The notes: generated from the letters alone by a model not told the origin. Shown: positions 26,233-37,880, counted from the stretch's first letter. The stretch is DNA of 64,000 bases from Leucoraja erinacea (GCF_028641065.1 NC_073410.1:7254001-7318000), one strand, 5' to 3'. Numbers and translations: made by a program.

Positions 26233-27443
26233 CAGGTGCACAACCTTTTATCCGAAAGCCTTGGGACCAGACACTTGTCGGATTTCGGACATTTTCGGAT
26301 TTCAGAATGGAAGATTTTTAACGTAGATTAGGTAGGTAGCGCGGGCGGCTTGAAAAGTCTGGAGCAGCTGCCTCCTCCCCGGAGACTCATTGCATAAATG
26401 TTAGTCAGTTAGTTTGGCAGGATTTTATGTGGTGGTGGTGGTGGTGGTGTAGGGGTGAAGGGGGAAACTTTAATTCTTAGTCCCCTACCTACCTGGTCGG
26501 CGACTCCCAACCTCGCGGAGCTGGGGGCTCCGTCCGGCCGCGGGCGGTGCCGGTTGTAGCTCCGACCCCGGCAACTCTACCCCTGGCTGCGAGGCTCCAA
26601 ATCTAGCGCGGCCCGCGGCCGGACGCCCCAGCTCCGAGAATGTCGGGAGTCGGCGACTTCGCAGCGCTGGGATACCAGCGGGGAGCGGGCAATGCCTTAC
26701 CGGGTCGCCGTGCGGCAAGCTCCGGAGCGCTGTGGCCGCCGACACACAACATTCGCGGAGCGTCGCTGGATTTGGAGCCGCGGAGCTGGGGGCTCCGTCC
26801 GGCCGCGGGCGGCGCCGGTTGTAGCTCCGACCCCGGCAACTCTAGCCCTGGCTGCGCGGCCCCAAATCCAGCGACGCCCCGCGAACGTGTGGGTCGGCGG
26901 CCACAGCGCTCCGGAGCTTGCCGCACGGCGACCCGGTAAGGCATTGCCCGCTCCCCGCTGGTATCCCAGCGCTGCGATGCCGCCGACTCCCGACATTCGC
27001 GGAGCTGGGGCGTCCGGCCGCGGGCCGCGCTGGATTTGGAGCGCCTCGCAGCCAGGGGTAGCGTTGCCGGGGTCGGAGCTACAACCGGCGACGCCCGCGG
27101 CCCCACTGGCCACAGCGCTGCGGAGTTTACTGCACGGCGACCCGGTAAGGCATTGACCGCTCCCCGCCTCTCCGACCAGGTAGGGGACTGAGAATTAAAG
27201 TTTACCCCTTCACCCCCCCCTTCACATAAAAGCCCTCCAAACTAACTGACTAACATTTAAGCAATGATTTACAGATGTTTAAGCGTCTCCCGGTCTCCGG
27301 GCAGGAGGCAGCCGCTACAGTAGTACAGACCTGGGTTGACCGTGGGTCGTTTTGGGTCAGGTTTGGCGCCAAACGCGAGCTTTGGTGCGCAGACGACATC
27401 TGGAAAAAATGGCCGGTTTTCGGAGCTTTTCGGTTTCTGGAAC
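26233..27443. mobile_element. pogo/Tigger-like (Tigger4/MER46-like ends) non-autonomous element with internal GC-rich palindrome; right end falls in the gap
   Basis: TA-CAGGTGCACAACCTTTTATCCGAAAGCCTTGGGACCAGA...TCGGATTTCGGA...TTTTCGGATTTC resembles Tigger4/MER46 termini. TTTTCGGA/TTTTCGGT subterminal motifs recur just before the Ns. Confidence 0.7.
26363..27316. repeat. ~950-bp GC-rich inverted repeat
   Basis: Outer arms 26363-26500 and 27170-27316 are imperfect inverses. Inner arms ~26550-26780 and ~26855-27085 are near-perfect inverses. The spacer repeats ~26514-26590 directly. Confidence 0.9.
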
Positions 27444-27634
27444 NNNNNNNNNNNNNNNNNNNNNNNNNNNNNNNNNNNNNNNNNNNNNNNNNNNNNNNNN
27501 NNNNNNNNNNNNNNNNNNNNNNNNNNNNNNNNNNNNNNNNNNNNNNNNNNNNNNNNNNNNNNNNNNNNNNNNNNNNNNNNNNNNNNNNNNNNNNNNNNNN
27601 NNNNNNNNNNNNNNNNNNNNNNNNNNNNNNNNNN
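27444..27634. other. Assembly gap (191 N)
   Basis: Run of n. Confidence 1.
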
Positions 27635-27965
27635 CACACTATAATAGTATATATATATATATATACTATAATAGTATATATATTAATGATCGGAGTTTTG
27701 TTTGAGTTTAGTTTAATAGCCTGATGGCTGTGGGGAAGCAGCTATTCCTGAACCTGGATGTTTCAGGTTTCAGGCTCCTGTACCTTCGACCTGAGGGCAG
27801 CGGGGAGATGAGTGAGTGGCCAGGATGGTGTGGGTCATTGATGATGCTGGCAGCCGTTGAGGCAGCGACTGTGGTAGATACCCTCGATGGTAGGGAGGTC
27901 AGAGCCGATGATGGACTGGGCAGTGTTTACAACTTTTTGCAGTCTTTTCCGCTCCTGGGCACTCA
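27635..27965 (-). mobile_element. Rex1/Babar 3' fragment
   Basis: Minus strand ...SIINDPHHPGHSLISPLPSGRRYRSLKPETSRFRNSCFP, followed by a TA-rich tail. Confidence 0.8.
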
Positions 27966-28202
27966 AGGAGGGGCTTGGCAAGACCAGACTTAATATGCCA
28001 AAGTCAGAGACACAAGTTAGAGGGGAAGAGTTTTACTGCATGCTTGTAATTGCATCAATTAAAGTCATTCATCAGGAATCATTTCTGATTTATGTACTGT
28101 AATTGCCACTCTAAAAATTGACCATGTAGTTGTAGATTGTAAATAGTTCCTTGTTGCTTACTTTGTATTCCATCTTCCTTCCTGACTGCACAAGCAGATT
28201 TA

Positions 28203-28508
28203 AAGGCCTGTCCCACTGTACGAGCTAATTCAAGAGCTCTCCAGAGTTTAAAAAAAAGAACTCATGGTAAGCACGTAGAATGTACGTATCAGGCACATCG
28301 GAGCTCAGGACGTCTCTTAGCGGCTAATAAGATAACGGTAGGTACTCGGGAAACGCGGTAAGCTTGAGAAGATTTTTTAACATGTTGAAAAATGTCCACG
28401 AGTGCCCCGTGTTCCTACAAGCGACTATTACCATAATTCTCCGAATTTGAATCAGGGGAAACTCGGGAGAAATCTTGAATTAGCTCGTACAGGGGACAGG
28501 CAGGCCCT
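28203..28508. mobile_element. PIF/Harbinger-type MITE (type A)
   Basis: Same TIRs and internal sequence as 21603 and 55188. TTA on both sides. Confidence 0.88.
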
Positions 28509-30585
28509 TTAGCCAGTTAGACGCAGCAGACACAAACAGTCACCAGAATCTAATGTTGATCAGAATTTGCCCATTCTCGCTAATCCCACCCTTTTATTCT
28601 CCCCACATTCCCATCAACATCACTCTCCCCCTCGCCCATCTCCATGTTACTAATCATCTGCACACTAGCATTAAATTGCAGAGCCAAATTAATTTAATAA
28701 CCCACATTTTTTTCGGATGGGGGAAGGGGTCTGGTGCACCCAGAGAAGACCTCCCCACTGCATACTGCCTTCTTTTGTATCAAAAGTATTGGTCAGTCTT
28801 TCTATCTTCCTCTCCTGGAGTCAAACACTGATAGAGCCACAGAGTCAGGCAACAGACCTTTCACCCCACGCAACCAAATGCCCCATCAAATGTAGTCCAA
28901 TTTGCCTGGAGTTGACCCACATACCTCAAACGTTCCTATTCATCTGCTTGTCCAAGTGTCTATTAAATGCTCCTGTAGTCCCTGCCTCAACCACTTTCAC
29001 TGTATAACTAGTTCCACAAACATACCACCCTCGGAATGAAGAAGTTGCCCCTCAGGTTCCTATTAAGACTTTTCCCCTCTCTCCTTAAATCTATGCCCTC
29101 TGGTTCTTGATTCCCAACCATGGGTAAAAGGCTCCGAGCATTGCCCCGTGGATGCATTGCTACCTGAAGGCGCTATTTCATTTCTATCAAGGCAGCAGTG
29201 TTAAGGAATTCTTATGAAAATACTTTATCACCTTGTCAGCTCTCCCGAGGTTGCTGTTGCATTGCTCTGACAAACTGGCTCGCACCTTGGGCTGTGTAGC
29301 TTAAATTAATCATTCTGGGAAGGAGGATTGTCTGTAGACCCTGTGGCTCAGTGGGCTGTACCCTCGGCCCAGGATTAGTAGGTTGTGGGTCCAAGTCTTG
29401 AGCTCCATTGAAATTCAATATGGTGGTAGACCCATAAATAATGCATTAACTCCAATTACAGGTAGATCTGCTCAAACGCAATAATTGCATTTCGAAGAAA
29501 CCGTATTTTATAGAAATTGATGTTATATAAACAATTGCTCCAAGAAGGAAAAGTGTGTTGGGGGGGCCAGAGAGTTTCAGACTCACAATAACAAAGCTTT
29601 TTTCTCCCCCACAGGATTTTCAAAACTAATGGCATTTTTAATGGTTGCAAGTTTAAATTTGTTGCTGCAAGCTAAAAATATTAAAAGCAGTATGTTTCAT
29701 TGATTAATGGAGTATCTCGGCACATGCCAATAGACGCAATTACATGACAATTACAACGGCCTGCTGCAACAGAATGGACAGGCCATGTTCTTAATAGGGT
29801 GATTACTGTGGGGAGGCTACATGGAAACATTTCTTTTCCAAGACAGCTTTTTTTTACTGCTTGCCAATTTCCAAAGTAACTTTTAAGTGGGTCTCTCAGT
29901 CCTGATCTAAATCGTCCTGTAAACTAATTTGGTTTGTGTAATGCAAATAGTGTTTCCCAATTCATGAACCATGTTGTATCTTATTCACATTGAGGATTCA
30001 CGCACTATAGCAGAACTGTCTCTAGTAGGTTTATCGCAGGAGATGTCTGTGGACAAATTGGGTGCCAAATTTCACAAATGATAATGCCAACTATGTCTCA
30101 GGAAGGAATTCCTTAGCTTTGAAGTGTGTTATGCCTAAAGCATTTCCTATTCACACACCAGTCCAATTGTATTTTAAGCAGTTTCTGCCTCAAATACCTC
30201 CTCTGGTAGCTCATTCCATACACCCACCACCCTGTGTGAAAATGATGCCCCTCAGGATCCTATTAAATCTTTCCCTCGCACCTAGCACCTTGGTCTCTGG
30301 TTCTTGATTCCCCTACTGGGTTAAAGACTGTGTGTACCTTTCTCTATTCTCCTCACGGTGTTATGCTGCAGGAATATTGAAATTATTGTATGTTTATTCG
30401 TTATAATTATTTGAACAGGCTCTATTTGGTCACAAAACTTCAAGACATATGGAAAAATAACAGTTTGACTGGGGCAGGCCCAGCAGTTATATGACCAATC
30501 CTCCGGGAATATCTTGGTTGAGACAAGTGACTGAAGTGCCAAGACTTCAGATACTGGCATTGCCCAGAAGGCACAGTGCCAAGGA

Positions 30586-30745
30586 AGACACAAAATGCTG
30601 GAGTAACTCAGCGGGTCAGGGAGCATCTCTGGAGCAATGGAATAGGTGACATCTCTCAACCCGAAACATCACCTACTCCTTTGCTCCAGAGATGCTGCCT
30701 GACCCGCTGAGTTGCTCCAGCATTTTGTGTCTATCTTGGGTGTAA
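30586..30745. mobile_element. Fold-back PLE terminal-repeat pair
   Basis: GACACAAAATGCTGGAGTAACTCAGCGGGTCAGG...CCTGACCCGCTGAGTTGCTCCAGCATTTTGTGTC inverted arms. Confidence 0.8.
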
Positions 30746-30836
30746 ACCTGTGCCTGCACATAGTACCAAGAAAGCTTGGGAGTGCTTCGCACCAACAGAT
30801 GAGCTAAACATCACATAGGAAATAAGCCAACGTTAC

Positions 30837-31001
30837 CGAGCAGTCGTCAAGATCCTTATCCTCTCCGCAATCCTGCAGGAACGCGGCTCAGTATGCAGAC
30901 TGCCGTTCACCAGATAATCCCTTGCTATCTCATTACCACAGCACATAGCAAACACTAGGAAGATAAAGCACGTTGCACTTACCTGAAAAACAAAGAACAA
31001 A
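30837..31001 (-). other. Candidate recursive splice site (3'SS immediately followed by 5'SS) with a 146-nt RS-exon-like segment
   Basis: Minus strand TTTGTTCTTTGTTTTTCAG|GTAAGTG (junction 30983/30982) and a downstream donor-like TCG|GTAACG at 30837/30836, in unique, repeat-free sequence. Confidence 0.5.
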
Positions 31002-31335
31002 TTGGTTATTCACTCAGATACAGTTATTCCCAGAGCAATTCAATATAAAGCACCAGCCTCCATACAAGAACATTTCAAACATTCATTCATACACCACCTG
31101 TGGGGAGCCGATGTGCATTTTCATTTGCAAAACCTGGGGTATTTGACAGCAGGCGGTATAGCGTCAATGTATTTTTTGGGTTCAGTCATAGGATGCGGAG
31201 GTCATCAGCAAGGCTAACATTTCATCAGTCTGAAGAAGGGTTTCGGCCTATTTCCTTCGCTCCATAGATGCTGCTGCATCTGCTGAGTTTCTCCAGCATT
31301 TTTGTGTACCTGGCATTTCATTGTCCATCACAAGC

Positions 31336-31620
31336 AGGCACAGTAGCGCAGCAGTAAAGTTGCTGCCTTACAGCACCAGAGACCCGGGTTTGATCCTGAC
31401 CACGGGTGCCGTCTGTACGGTATTTGTATGTTCTCCCCCCGACCGCTTGGATTTACCCCTGGGTGCCCTGGTTTCCACCCACATTCTAAAGACGTACATG
31501 TTTGTAGGTTACTTGCCTTCGGTAGAGATTGTCCCTAGTGTGTGTGTAGGATAGTGTTAGTGTACGGGAATCACTGGTCGGCATGAACTCGTGAGCCTAA
31601 GGGCCTGTTTCTCAAAACTA
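31336..31620 (+). mobile_element. HE1-like SINE
   Basis: Consensus match. Confidence 0.85.
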
Positions 31621-32454
31621 CACTAATTGCCTAACAAATAGCTTGTTTGGCCATTTTAGAATCAACCACATTGGTTGGTATGGAGTCACATATAATCCAA
31701 GGGATGAATATTGGCCAAGATGAGGATAACTTGGTTGGATGAATATCTTTACATGGATAGGACAGGTTTGGAGGGATATGGACAAAGCACAGGCAGGTGA
31801 GACTAGTGTGGCTGGGACATGTTGGCCGGTGTGGGCAAGTTGGGCTGAAGGGCCAAAGTTTCCGCACAGTATCACTCTATAACTTTGCTTCTCATTAGAT
31901 TAGACAGATGAGATCGTAAACTTCCATACCATTGTGTGAAATGGGACAGGACAAGCTGGTGTACTGACCCAGATACATCTGTAACCTTGAAGAAGGGAGT
32001 TAAAGTCTGCATTTGTTATGCTGTCATTATCCACACTCTCTTTCCTCCCCATTTGAGGAAATCCCAAATCCCATGAAAACTAGACGCAATTACTTCCAAG
32101 TATTTCCCTTCCTACATAAATTGGAAGATGGCACATTGGAGGCAAACGTTTCTCCCTTCATTCCCTTTGATAAAAGGTCTCCCCTATAGTGTGTTGTGAT
32201 AATTGTGCTAGACTATACATAAAAGTGAAGTTCACCGTACCTCGGTACATGTGACAAACAGAGTCCCATACCATCAACAATCACACTAGTTACCGAAAAC
32301 TTGGACCTCTCCAAGTGCAGGGAAGCCGCCAATACACCCCTGGCCAAGTTGACTTGATATTGCTCCTTGCTGCTGTAAAGACTGATGACTGGGAAGGAGG
32401 GAGTTGTTTTACTGTCTCTGAAATAGATGAAAGCTAAACTCTGCTCCCATTCCA

Positions 32455-33146
32455 ATTAGTCTTAGATTAGGTTAGTTTATTGCCATATGCACCAGAGTGC
32501 AATGAAATTCCTAGTCCGCATGAAGCGCCTAGTAAATAATAAATGCAATATGTACGATAAATGCAATGAACAATGCAAATTAGCAGAAAGGTGCGAAGAT
32601 TGCAGGGCAATCTGAAATATTAAGAAAATTAAAGTGCAATAATGGTGCAATAAAATGCAGGAAGAGCGAGCCTTATTTGGTAGCACCTCAGGAAAAGAAG
32701 TTAGCAAGCGATGATCGCTCAACAGATGGGGGAAGAAGCTGTTCTTTACGTCTGGAGGTCTGTTTTTCAAACTCCTGTATCTATTCCTAGACGGTAGAGA
32801 CAGCACACACCCCACTCACCATCAATGGCAGTGCAGTGGAGTCTGTGAAAAGCACCAAGTTCCTGGGAGTGCACATCACAGATGATCAGACATGGTCCAC
32901 CAATACCATCTCCCTAGTCAAGAAAGCACAAGCAACGCCTCCACTTCCTTCGACGGATGAGGAGAGCCAACCTCCCCCCTTACTACATTCTGGCACACTG
33001 TGAATATTTTAAATAACGTATATTGTCTATCTTATTGGTAGATTGTCGGTCTGTGTTATAAATATTACTTGTACATTTGGAGTATGGGGAAACGCAATTT
33101 CAATCCAATTTATTTGAATTGACAATAAAGTTTACTTTGAACTTGA
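32455..33146. mobile_element. Two divergent Rex1/Babar fragments (minus ~32455-32800; plus ~32800-33146)
   Basis: Minus LPSRNRYRSLK...NSFFP with tail. Plus HTPLTINGSAVESVKSTKFLGVHITDDQTWS joined to a GACAATAAA tail. Confidence 0.75.
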
Positions 33147-36100
33147 AAAGAAGAGGCAATGTCCTTGCTGATACCTCCGACCTTCCTGATGGTGAAGATG
33201 GACTGGATGGAAGGAAGTAACTTTTCGATCCTAGGAAAATGATTCTGACAGTCCATCCTAGCTAGACCAGACCTCATAATTGTATACACTTTTACCAGAT
33301 CTCCCCGCTACCTCTGGGGTACAGAGAAAACAATCCAACTTCTCCACGTAGCAAATACCCCCTAATCCAGGCATCAACCTCAATACCAAGGATGAGAGCA
33401 GTGATGGGAGAAAGGGTTCAATAGCTTCCTCCTATACTGCAGAATTCTCCATAACAACATTGCCTTGAAGATTGTTCCAATCGAATTATAAAAGCACTTC
33501 AGTTTCGGTTGACATGCTCTTCAGGTGGCTGAAACACAGGCCCGAGATGATTTTTACGTTAAGTGCCAAATGGCCATTTTGCATCATTTAAGAACAAGTA
33601 ACGACTGGAGGTCTGTACACAAACCACAGAGGCCATGAATCACAGCTCAAGTCATCACTGGCTCCAATTGATCAGGCTGTTGAATATTTACATCAGTGAT
33701 TTGTGTCAACAGCTGGTATGGGCCTAGTTTAGGTAATTACATCCATTATAGTCCAGCTCGTCACTCCGCTCAGCACAAGGGGAAATATCATTTGAGCGTT
33801 GGCAAAGCCCAGGTGGATTTAGACACTGCTGCTCAATAATACACAAGCTTCACATTCTCACTTCTTGCATACAGAGCTGGGGACATATGGCCAAGAAGAT
33901 GGGCACAAAGGTGTCCACACCCCATACGCCCACTTTGCAAGGCTTTCAGTGGGCTAGTACACCTCCAATAAACTACCAACACTCAATTGACCCCAGGGTC
34001 ACCAGGAACTGCAGGTGCTAGTTTACAAAAAAAAAGTGCTGGAGTAACTCAACAGATCAGACAGCATTTCTGGAGAACGTGGGCAGGTGATGTCCTCAGA
34101 AGAAAGTTCCATTTTATTTTGTTTGCTCAAGACAGGAACAATACGAGTCTGTTACTCAAAGGCTATTTCAGCGAGGTCTTGTATTGGATGGGCAAAGAGG
34201 TTCACTGCATTGAATCTTAAAGAAGGGTCCAGACTTGAAATGTTACCTCTCCACGCTCTCCAGAGATGCTGCCTAACTCACTGAATTATTCCAGCACTTG
34301 GTGTATTTTTTCACTCTATTGTATTGATGGTATACAAGGGGGGGGGGGGTCACACTCAAGGGACAGGCAATGGTTTAATATAAAGAGCTCCCCTGAGAAA
34401 TAAGCAAATTCCTTCTACATGAGGTGTGCTTAGTTTCCTATTCCCCCACTTTGAGAAAGGGCCCCAAAGAAGGACACAAAATGCTGGAGCAACTCAGCGG
34501 GTCAGGCAGCATCTCTGGAGGAAAGGTGATGTTTCGGGTCGAGATCCTTCTTCAGACTGAGAGCTTAAATTGTTCACGACATGTATTTTAACTTTAATTG
34601 CTATTTATTTTGTAACGAAAACTGAATGGACACTGGTTGAGAAACGTTTTTTTGTTTCCTCTGAGTATGCGAATACTCAGGAAATGACAATAAAGATTTA
34701 CAATTACAATTACAATTACAATTAGGGAGAGGGAAACTAGAGGTATGAAAAGGTTCTGCACAAAATGAAAGTCGGCACTGACGACCAAGGCAAGGTGGAG
34801 CACATTCCCTGTGAGAATTGCCCCACAGAACATGTATTCTTCTCCAAGAAGCTCGACATTATCTGGGCATCTTACAAAAAGCACGCTGCATTTTCTCCTC
34901 GTCCTCAACCAATCTGTGCTCAATGGGACAACTCAATAACAGGCAGCCTTCAAACAACTGACATCCTCTTGAAAATCTGCCTGTATTGAGATTGCGTTCC
35001 GTACCTCAACTAATGGCAAAGCATTAAAACAAAAGGACTGCTCAAAACTGAAAAGAAGCATCAACATATCTGGTTTTCAGACTGAAATATGAAGCAGGAA
35101 CTCATTCCGCACATCGGAGGGGTCACAGGCAGAGGTCACTGTGGTGACAGATGTCTCTGCCCAGTACGTGCAGGGGCTTCTCCATAACTGCTGGCTTGTG
35201 GATTGCCCGTCCATTCCTTCCATGGATGCTATCAGGCCTGTTGCATTTCTCCAGCAATGTATTTTGCTCAAGATTCCCAGCCTCTACACAGTCTCTTGTC
35301 TATGCTTTAAGGCTCCACCTTGAAATCTCCCCAGAGAATGTAGGGAGGAAAGGTTTACACCAAAGATAGATACAAAATGCTGGAGTAACTCAGCAGGGCT
35401 GGCAGCGTCTGTGGAGAGAATGACTGGGTGACGTCTCAGGTCTGAACAAGGGTCTCGACCCGAAACGTCACCCATTCCTCTCCATGCCGACTTTGACGAA
35501 TTTCTCCTCTTTTCAACAATGGGGCTGAAGAAAGGTCCCGGCCAAAGATGTTGTCTACCCATTCCCTCCACAGACAACCTACTGATTTCCTCCAGAACTG
35601 TGTTTTATCCAATTATATGTTTACCCAATCGGATATGAATCACCTCTTACACTTGTATGGGATGTTTTGCACTAATGTTTTTTTTTTTTTAAATAATCTT
35701 TTTTTCTTCTTATTGTCTTGCAGAATTAAAATTGGTGTTTTTGTATGTTGATTCAGTCTGTTTGCCCGTTGTGTTGTTCCAATAGCCAGACCAACCTCTC
35801 CCTATAGTTCAGCTCCTCAAGTCCTGGCAACATCCTGGTTTGCTGGCTCTTTGCTGGTAGCCAAAGATCACCCACGTTGATCGGGTATAGATTAAGACAA
35901 CAAACTATCTTCCTTCCTTCTTGATAATACAGTTCTGATAACAGAGCTGCATTTTTTTTTTTACAAACTAAATTTCATAATTCAGAGCTACTAAATTCAA
36001 ATTCACCAAGAAGCTTCCATTCACATAGCACCTTCCCCCTCCTCTGGGCATCACACAGGGCAAAGTGATATACTCACTCTTTTTAAAGTGGGATAGATAT

Positions 36101-36289
36101 TGGCTTGAGGTCAATAGTTTCCAGTTTAGTCTATTGTCACGTGTACTGAGGTACGGAGAAAAGCCTTTGTTGCATTCTAACCAGTCAGCGGAACGACAAT
36201 ACAATCGAGCCATTCACCATGTACAGATATATGATAAGGGAATAACGTTTAGTGTAAGGTAAAGCCCAATCAAAATCAGTCTGTTAGTA

Positions 36290-37879
36290 TTTAAGAGGGA
36301 ACTGCAGATGCTGGAGAATCGAAGGTTACACAAAAAAGCTGGAGAAACTCAGCGGGTGCAGCAGCATCTATGGAGCGAAGGAAATAGGCAACGTTTCGGG
36401 CCGAAACCCTTCTTCAGACTGATCGGGGGTGGGGGTGGGTCGGGACAAGAAAGGGAAAAGGAGGAGTAGCCAGAAGGCTGGAGGGTGGGAGGAGACAGCA
36501 GGGGGGCTGAGGAAGGGGAGGAGACAGCAAGGACTAACAAAATTGGGAGAATTCGATGTTCATGCCCCCGGGGTGCAGACTCCCCAAACGGAATACGAGG
36601 TGCTGTTCCTCCAATTTCCGGTGCTGCTCGCTGTGGCCATGGAGGAGACCCAGGACAGAGAGGTCGGAGGCGGAGTGGGAGGGGGAGTTGAAGTGCTGAG
36701 CCACCGGGAGGTCAGCTTGGTTATTGCGGACCGAGCGGAGGTGTTCGGCGAAACGATCGCCCAACCTCCGCTTGGTCTCACCGATATAGATCTGCTGACA
36801 TCTAGAGCAGCGGACGCAATAGATGAGGTTGGAAGAGATGCAGGTAAACCTCTGTCGCACCTGGAACGATTGCTTGGGTCCTTGAACGGAGTCGAGGGGG
36901 GAGGTGAAGGGACAAGTGTTGCATCTCTTGCGGTTGCAAGGGAAAGTGCCCGGGGAGGGGGTGGACCGAGAGGGAAGGGAAGAATTGACAAGGGAGTTAT
37001 GGAGGGAGCGGTCTTTGCGGAAGGCAGATATGGGGGGAGATGGGAAGATGTGGCGAGTAGTGGGGTCACGTTGGAGGTGGCGAAACTGACGGAGGATTAC
37101 TTTTTGTATGTGACGGCTGGTGGGGTGAAAGGTGAGGACTAGGGGGACTCGGCCCTTGTTGCGAGTGCGGGGATGGGGAGAGAGAGCAGTGTTGCGGGGT
37201 ATGGAAGAGACCCTGGTGCGAGCCTCATTTATGGTGGAGGAGGGGAACCCCCGTTCCCTGAATAGTGAGGACATTTCAGATGTCCTGGTGTGGAACGCCT
37301 CATCCGTGGAGCAGATGCGGCGTAGACGGAGGAATTGGGAGTAGGGGATGGAGTCCTTACAGGAAGCAGGGTGGGAAGAAGTGTAGTCCAGATAGCCATG
37401 GGAGTCAGTGGGTTTATAGTGTATGTCGGTTAGAAGTCTATCACCTGCAATGGAGATAGTGAGGTCAAGGAATGGTAGGGAAGTGTCGGAAATGGTCCAG
37501 GTGTATTTGAGTGCCGGATGGAAGTTAGTGGTGAAGTGGATGAAGTCAGTCAGTTGTGTGTGGGTGCAGGAGGTGGCACCAAAGCAGTCGTCGATGTAGC
37601 AGAGGTAGAGGTCGGGGATGGGGCCCTGGTATGTATTGAACAAGGATTGCTCGACGTAACCTACAAATAGGCAGGCATAGCTGGGGCCCATGCGTGTGCC
37701 CATAGCTACGCCTTGTATTTGGAGGAAGTGGGAGGAGTCGAACGTGAAGTTATTGAGGGTAAGGACCAGCTCCGCTAGGCGGAGGAGAGTGTCAGTGGCT
37801 GGGTATGGGTTGCTTCTCTGGTCGAGGAAGAACCGGAGGGCTGTGAGACCATCGTGGTGGGGGATGGAGGTGTATAGCG
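36290..37879 (-). mobile_element. Penelope-like retroelement (PLE), 5'-truncated, young copy
   Basis: Flanked by the direct repeat AGTCTGTTAGTA (36278-36289 and 37880-37891). Contains an RT+GIY-YIG reading frame and a 3' terminal region with a hammerhead-like motif. Inserted into a Rex1/Babar remnant. Confidence 0.95.
36390..36417 (-). ncRNA. Minimal type-I hammerhead ribozyme-like motif in the PLE 3' terminal repeat
   Basis: Minus strand reads CUGAAGA-A-GGGU(UUCG)GCCC-GAAAC-GUU: CUGANGA and GAAA boxes, a 4-bp stem II and a palindromic ACGU stem III. PLE terminal repeats are known to carry minimal hammerheads. Stem I is only about 2 bp here. Confidence 0.65.
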
Positions 37880-37880
37880 A
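36534..37880 (-). CDS. Penelope-like reverse transcriptase + GIY-YIG endonuclease (N-terminally truncated, frame uninterrupted)
   Basis: The ORF 36534..37703 extends 59 codons upstream without a stop (SLYTSIPH...LTLNNFTF...QIQGVAMGTRMGPSYA). Motifs: YIDD catalytic motif, Cys linker PCNRKRCNTC, GIY-YIG motif NLIYCVRCSRCQQIYIGET..R..EH. The Cys-rich linker suggests a Neptune-type PLE (tentative). Confidence 0.93.
   Translation of the reverse strand, partial: SLYTSIPHHDGLTALRFFLDQRSNPYPATDTLLRLAELVLTLNNFTFDSSHFLQIQGVAMGTRMGPSYACLFVGYVEQSLFNTYQGPIPDLYLCYIDDCFGATSCTHTQLTDFIHFTTNFHPALKYTWTISDTSLPFLDLTISIAGDRLLTDIHYKPTDSHGYLDYTSSHPASCKDSIPYSQFLRLRRICSTDEAFHTRTSEMSSLFRERGFPSSTINEARTRVSSIPRNTALSPHPRTRNKGRVPLVLTFHPTSRHIQKVILRQFRHLQRDPTTRHIFPSPPISAFRKDRSLHNSLVNSSLPSRSTPSPGTFPCNRKRCNTCPFTSPLDSVQGPKQSFQVRQRFTCISSNLIYCVRCSRCQQIYIGETKRRLGDRFAEHLRSVRNNQADLPVAQHFNSPSHSASDLSVLGLLHGHSEQHRKLEEQHLVFRLGSLHPGGMNIEFSQFC

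Noticed and set aside
26485-27156. Several overlapping 86-167 aa ORFs
   Set aside because: They arise from the GC-rich palindrome; the same peptides appear on both strands.
27250-27724. ORFs with X runs
   Set aside because: Artefacts of translating the N gap.
36429-37142. 237-aa plus-strand ORF
   Set aside because: Antisense shadow of the Penelope ORF with no independent features.
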